Below, piece after piece: positions 35,667 to 38,218 of a stretch of 38,218 nucleotides of DNA; position 1 is the first letter of the stretch, and the number at the start of each line of letters is the position of its first letter. The notes under the pieces were generated by a model, which saw only the letters and a program-made list of their open reading frames with translations, made no database searches and was not told the DNA's origin. The stretch lies in assembly GCA_013115145.1 (NCBI GenBank), contig JAAPAO010000338.1, positions 1 through 38,218 on the forward strand. Reading direction: 5' to 3'. The stretch is from Perkinsus chesapeaki ATCC PRA-425. Taxonomy: Eukaryota; Protista; Perkinsozoa. Position numbers and translations under genes: made by a program.

Positions 35667-36406
35667 ATGTATACTGATAATACCGATTTGAGAGTCTTGC
35701 GACCTAATATAGTGCCCGAGCCCCCAATGGTTCAGCTGAGCTGAATCAACTCTACGCTATTGCACGCGCTGAGGCGGTGCCTTGAATGCTGTGCGTCAAT
35801 GCAGTGTACTTGTGAGCCCCGCAGTTGAAGAAGCTGCCATTCCTCATAAGAGCTCGACAAGCAGTAGCTTGATGATTAGCTTTTTCATTACCGAGGTATA
35901 AATACATGCCGTTGAAGCCTCGGTGTCCGAGTGGCACGCGTGGACACTGTCCACGCGTGTAGGTGGCCATCGCTCGTGGAGAAGGAGGGTCCTGGAAAGT
36001 TTATTTGCATATCAACTTTCGAAATTCACCTGCCCAACAGTCATGGACATTCCTCACACATCATGTACACTGGCAACTTATTGTTTCTAACTGCCATTAT
36101 CAGAGGCGTTCAGATCCTGTTATTCTCCTCGATAGACTCTGTGTGAGAGCTATGAGGCACGCAAGAGCTCACACTGTGGGAGCTAGGACTTTTTAATCAT
36201 ATTATCAGCACCGTTGATATATTGTTGTCGATCCGACAGCAATATTTGACTACAATCATTCGACTTGTTATTCACTGTAAGGTCGTTATCTGCAAACAGT
36301 TGGCAACTGGCATTCGCAACTTGCCTGTATGTGATCAATCCCTCTGTACCCAAAGGACTTGGCGAGCGGAAGGGTTACTTGTGATGGCCCCTAAAGACCT
36401 GCCTGG

Positions 36407-38218
36407 TTATTCGATGAAGCGTGATGTTAACGATTGCGGATTGTGGACTGTTCGGAAAGCTCGGATCTTAACGATTGTATCTGGTAGTTCCGAGGCGCTA
36501 CTGGAAGGTTGTTCCATTACGAGATCACTCCTCGATAACGTGTCAGCAAACCAAGAAGTAGGAGAAGCTCCATCGTACAGAATCCCACCAACACCGAATG
36601 GGGAAGCGTCGACTACGATAGACCAACGGGAAGACGACCACGATGCACAGGGAAATACCCTGGAATAGAACGATGATGATGATGAATCGAAGTGAACGTC
36701 GATAAACGCCTTCAACCAAACCAAACTGCGCCTAATTTGGTTAACGTGGATCCAAGACCAGTTGCAACGCTCAGCTACCCCCAGAGCACCCCAGAGGGGG
36801 GATACAAAGGCGCACACGTACGGGACGATTTGACCAATCCAAGCGAACTTGCCGCAGACCTTACGGAGGAGCTTCACCGGAATACGGACCTTGGCCAACG
36901 ATGTCTCGACCAGCGCTAAGGCTGACCTGAGCTTCTCGTCGGGAACATGTAAAATAATACCAGCAGGATGAATATCAAAAATAACTCCAATCCACTTGAT
37001 AGGGAAGGGATATTGCCTCTTGGCAACAGCAAGTCTGAAACCGAGTGCTATCCACAAAACGAGAGGAAGACACAGCACCAGACGAGCATAGCGAGAAGAA
37101 GGAGCCCGAGCTTGCGCAAAAGGGTCGTCGACAAAAACATTCAGAGAAAAAGATGACTTGGAGCTCTCAGGATGGTCGGACGGGGCTTGACACAGACCAG
37201 AGGCGAGCCTCGAAATAAGAGCTGCCTCCCTTCCCCAAATCAAGGGAGAAGATCGGACCCCGAACAGTAAAGTGTTATATGCATACCAACGACCATCAAA
37301 AAATACTACATGGAACGGTTTCTCGCGCTCCATAAGCGGCACCAACTTGAAAGCATTAGAAAAATCGACCGAGATAGCTTGTAAAGAACCACCAATAGAC
37401 AACTGTTCCTCCCGCAAAGAAAGAAGAGAGTCAATTGCATCGGACACGCGAGGCAAAACAAGATGCTCAGGAAGCGCAATAGAGGCGTTTAAGTCATTTT
37501 CCGAGGCGTCACAAATCAGACGAAACTGGTCAGTACCTTTTTTGGGTACCAAGCCCAGCTTAGTGCAAACTACACGCGAACAATCAAGAAAAGATAGCAG
37601 ATCTGAGATGCTGCTGAAATCCTTGCAAAAACCCTCATCAACCTCTTTAGCCAGGAGACTCTGGGTTACCACTGGCATGGATTCGGCACTCTGATAATTA
37701 GAAAGAGACGAAGGATCAGTGAAATAATCGGAGAATTCAAGAGTTGAACACTCAAAACAATCCACAGAATTACTCACACCATCGCGTGATGGGAAAACAT
37801 TGCAACACGGGATCGGACAAGCAATGCCAACGGGGGCGCCACTTGTAAACCACTCAGCGGCTATACAATCAGGATCGCGAGTAGAGCGACAAAGAGCAGA
37901 CAACAGCCGCCCCAAAACAGGCGAGCAACTATGAGACGGCTGCAAGCAAGAACTATCACAATGAAGAATTTGAGCAAGCCCTTCTCGGGCCGCAGTGATA
38001 ACAGAGACTACAGATGGCAACTCGAGGGGACTAGGCGCAGTAAGCAAGGCGTCAACTACGGAAGGCTGAGACAAAAGAAGAGACTCCAATAAATTTCGAA
38101 TAGATGAAAAGACTCTGATAGCTTGTTCATCGAACAGAGACGCAGTGACAAGTCGGAACGCCGCAAGCCACCGACTGGTTCACTCGACAAGCCAGACGTG
38201 GGGCGACGAGTCTGACCG
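36407..38218 (-). mobile_element. DIRS-like (tyrosine-recombinase-class) retrotransposon fragment: RT plus partial RNase H; probably extends beyond the window end
   Basis: Intronless 560-aa ORF with DPD..AEWFTSGAPVGI, LGLVPKKGTDQFRLICDAS, SVDFSNAFKLVP, LLFGVRSSPLIW, catalytic FVDD, WIGVIFD and RNase H start IVVDASPFGVGG. Strong A-rich skew on the + strand unlike neighbouring genes. No integrase or recombinase seen in the window. Confidence 0.85.

Noticed and set aside
35752-35970. GHRGFNG motif resembling the start of a glycerophosphodiester phosphodiesterase
   Set aside because: No following ENT..AF motif or further domain sequence; a 4-residue match is compatible with chance.
35700-36520. 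Protein-like minus-strand fragments and plus-strand ORF 36222..36668 between the KCS and the retroelement
   Set aside because: They are interrupted by stops in all attempted models, with no recognisable family or recombinase motifs.
36692-37694. Plus-strand ORFs over the retroelement
   Set aside because: Antisense shadows of the RT frame with no gag or recombinase motifs.
1-38218. CRISPR arrays, rRNA, tRNA, prokaryotic operon or defence systems
   Set aside because: No repeat-spacer periodicity, cloverleaf or rRNA-like tracts noticed by eye; the window is intron-containing eukaryotic DNA. tRNAscan and Rfam were not run.

Overview
Gene-dense eukaryotic window of roughly 50% GC (estimated by eye) with many short (about 30-60 nt) GT-AG introns. 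The gene content and style suggest a Perkinsus-like alveolate (inference, not a database hit). In order: (+) a 5'-truncated giant polycystin-1/REJ-like receptor gene (1 to ~12.8 kb: Cys-rich region, NHL repeats, 15 copies of an unnamed 'CW...GP' module, REJ, degenerate GPS, ~5 TM helices); (+) two tandem intronless 202-aa Gln-rich coiled-coil paralogues; (-) ALDH12-type P5C dehydrogenase; (-) a bacterial-like cytochrome P450 with an atypical I-helix; (+) axonemal dynein light chain p28; (+) JmjC oxygenase NO66/RIOX1; (+) DNA polymerase alpha catalytic subunit; (+) a Dicer N-terminal half (helicase + DUF283 + platform) that stops before any PAZ or RNase III domain; (-) a plant-type FAE1/KCS gene with a stop plus frameshift near its 3' end; (-) a DIRS-like retrotransposon RT/RNase H fragment. 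The best candidate for an undescribed system is the stand-alone half-Dicer (possible split Dicer), followed by the giant receptor architecture. All exon models were built by hand and all homologies were recognised from memory; no searches were run.
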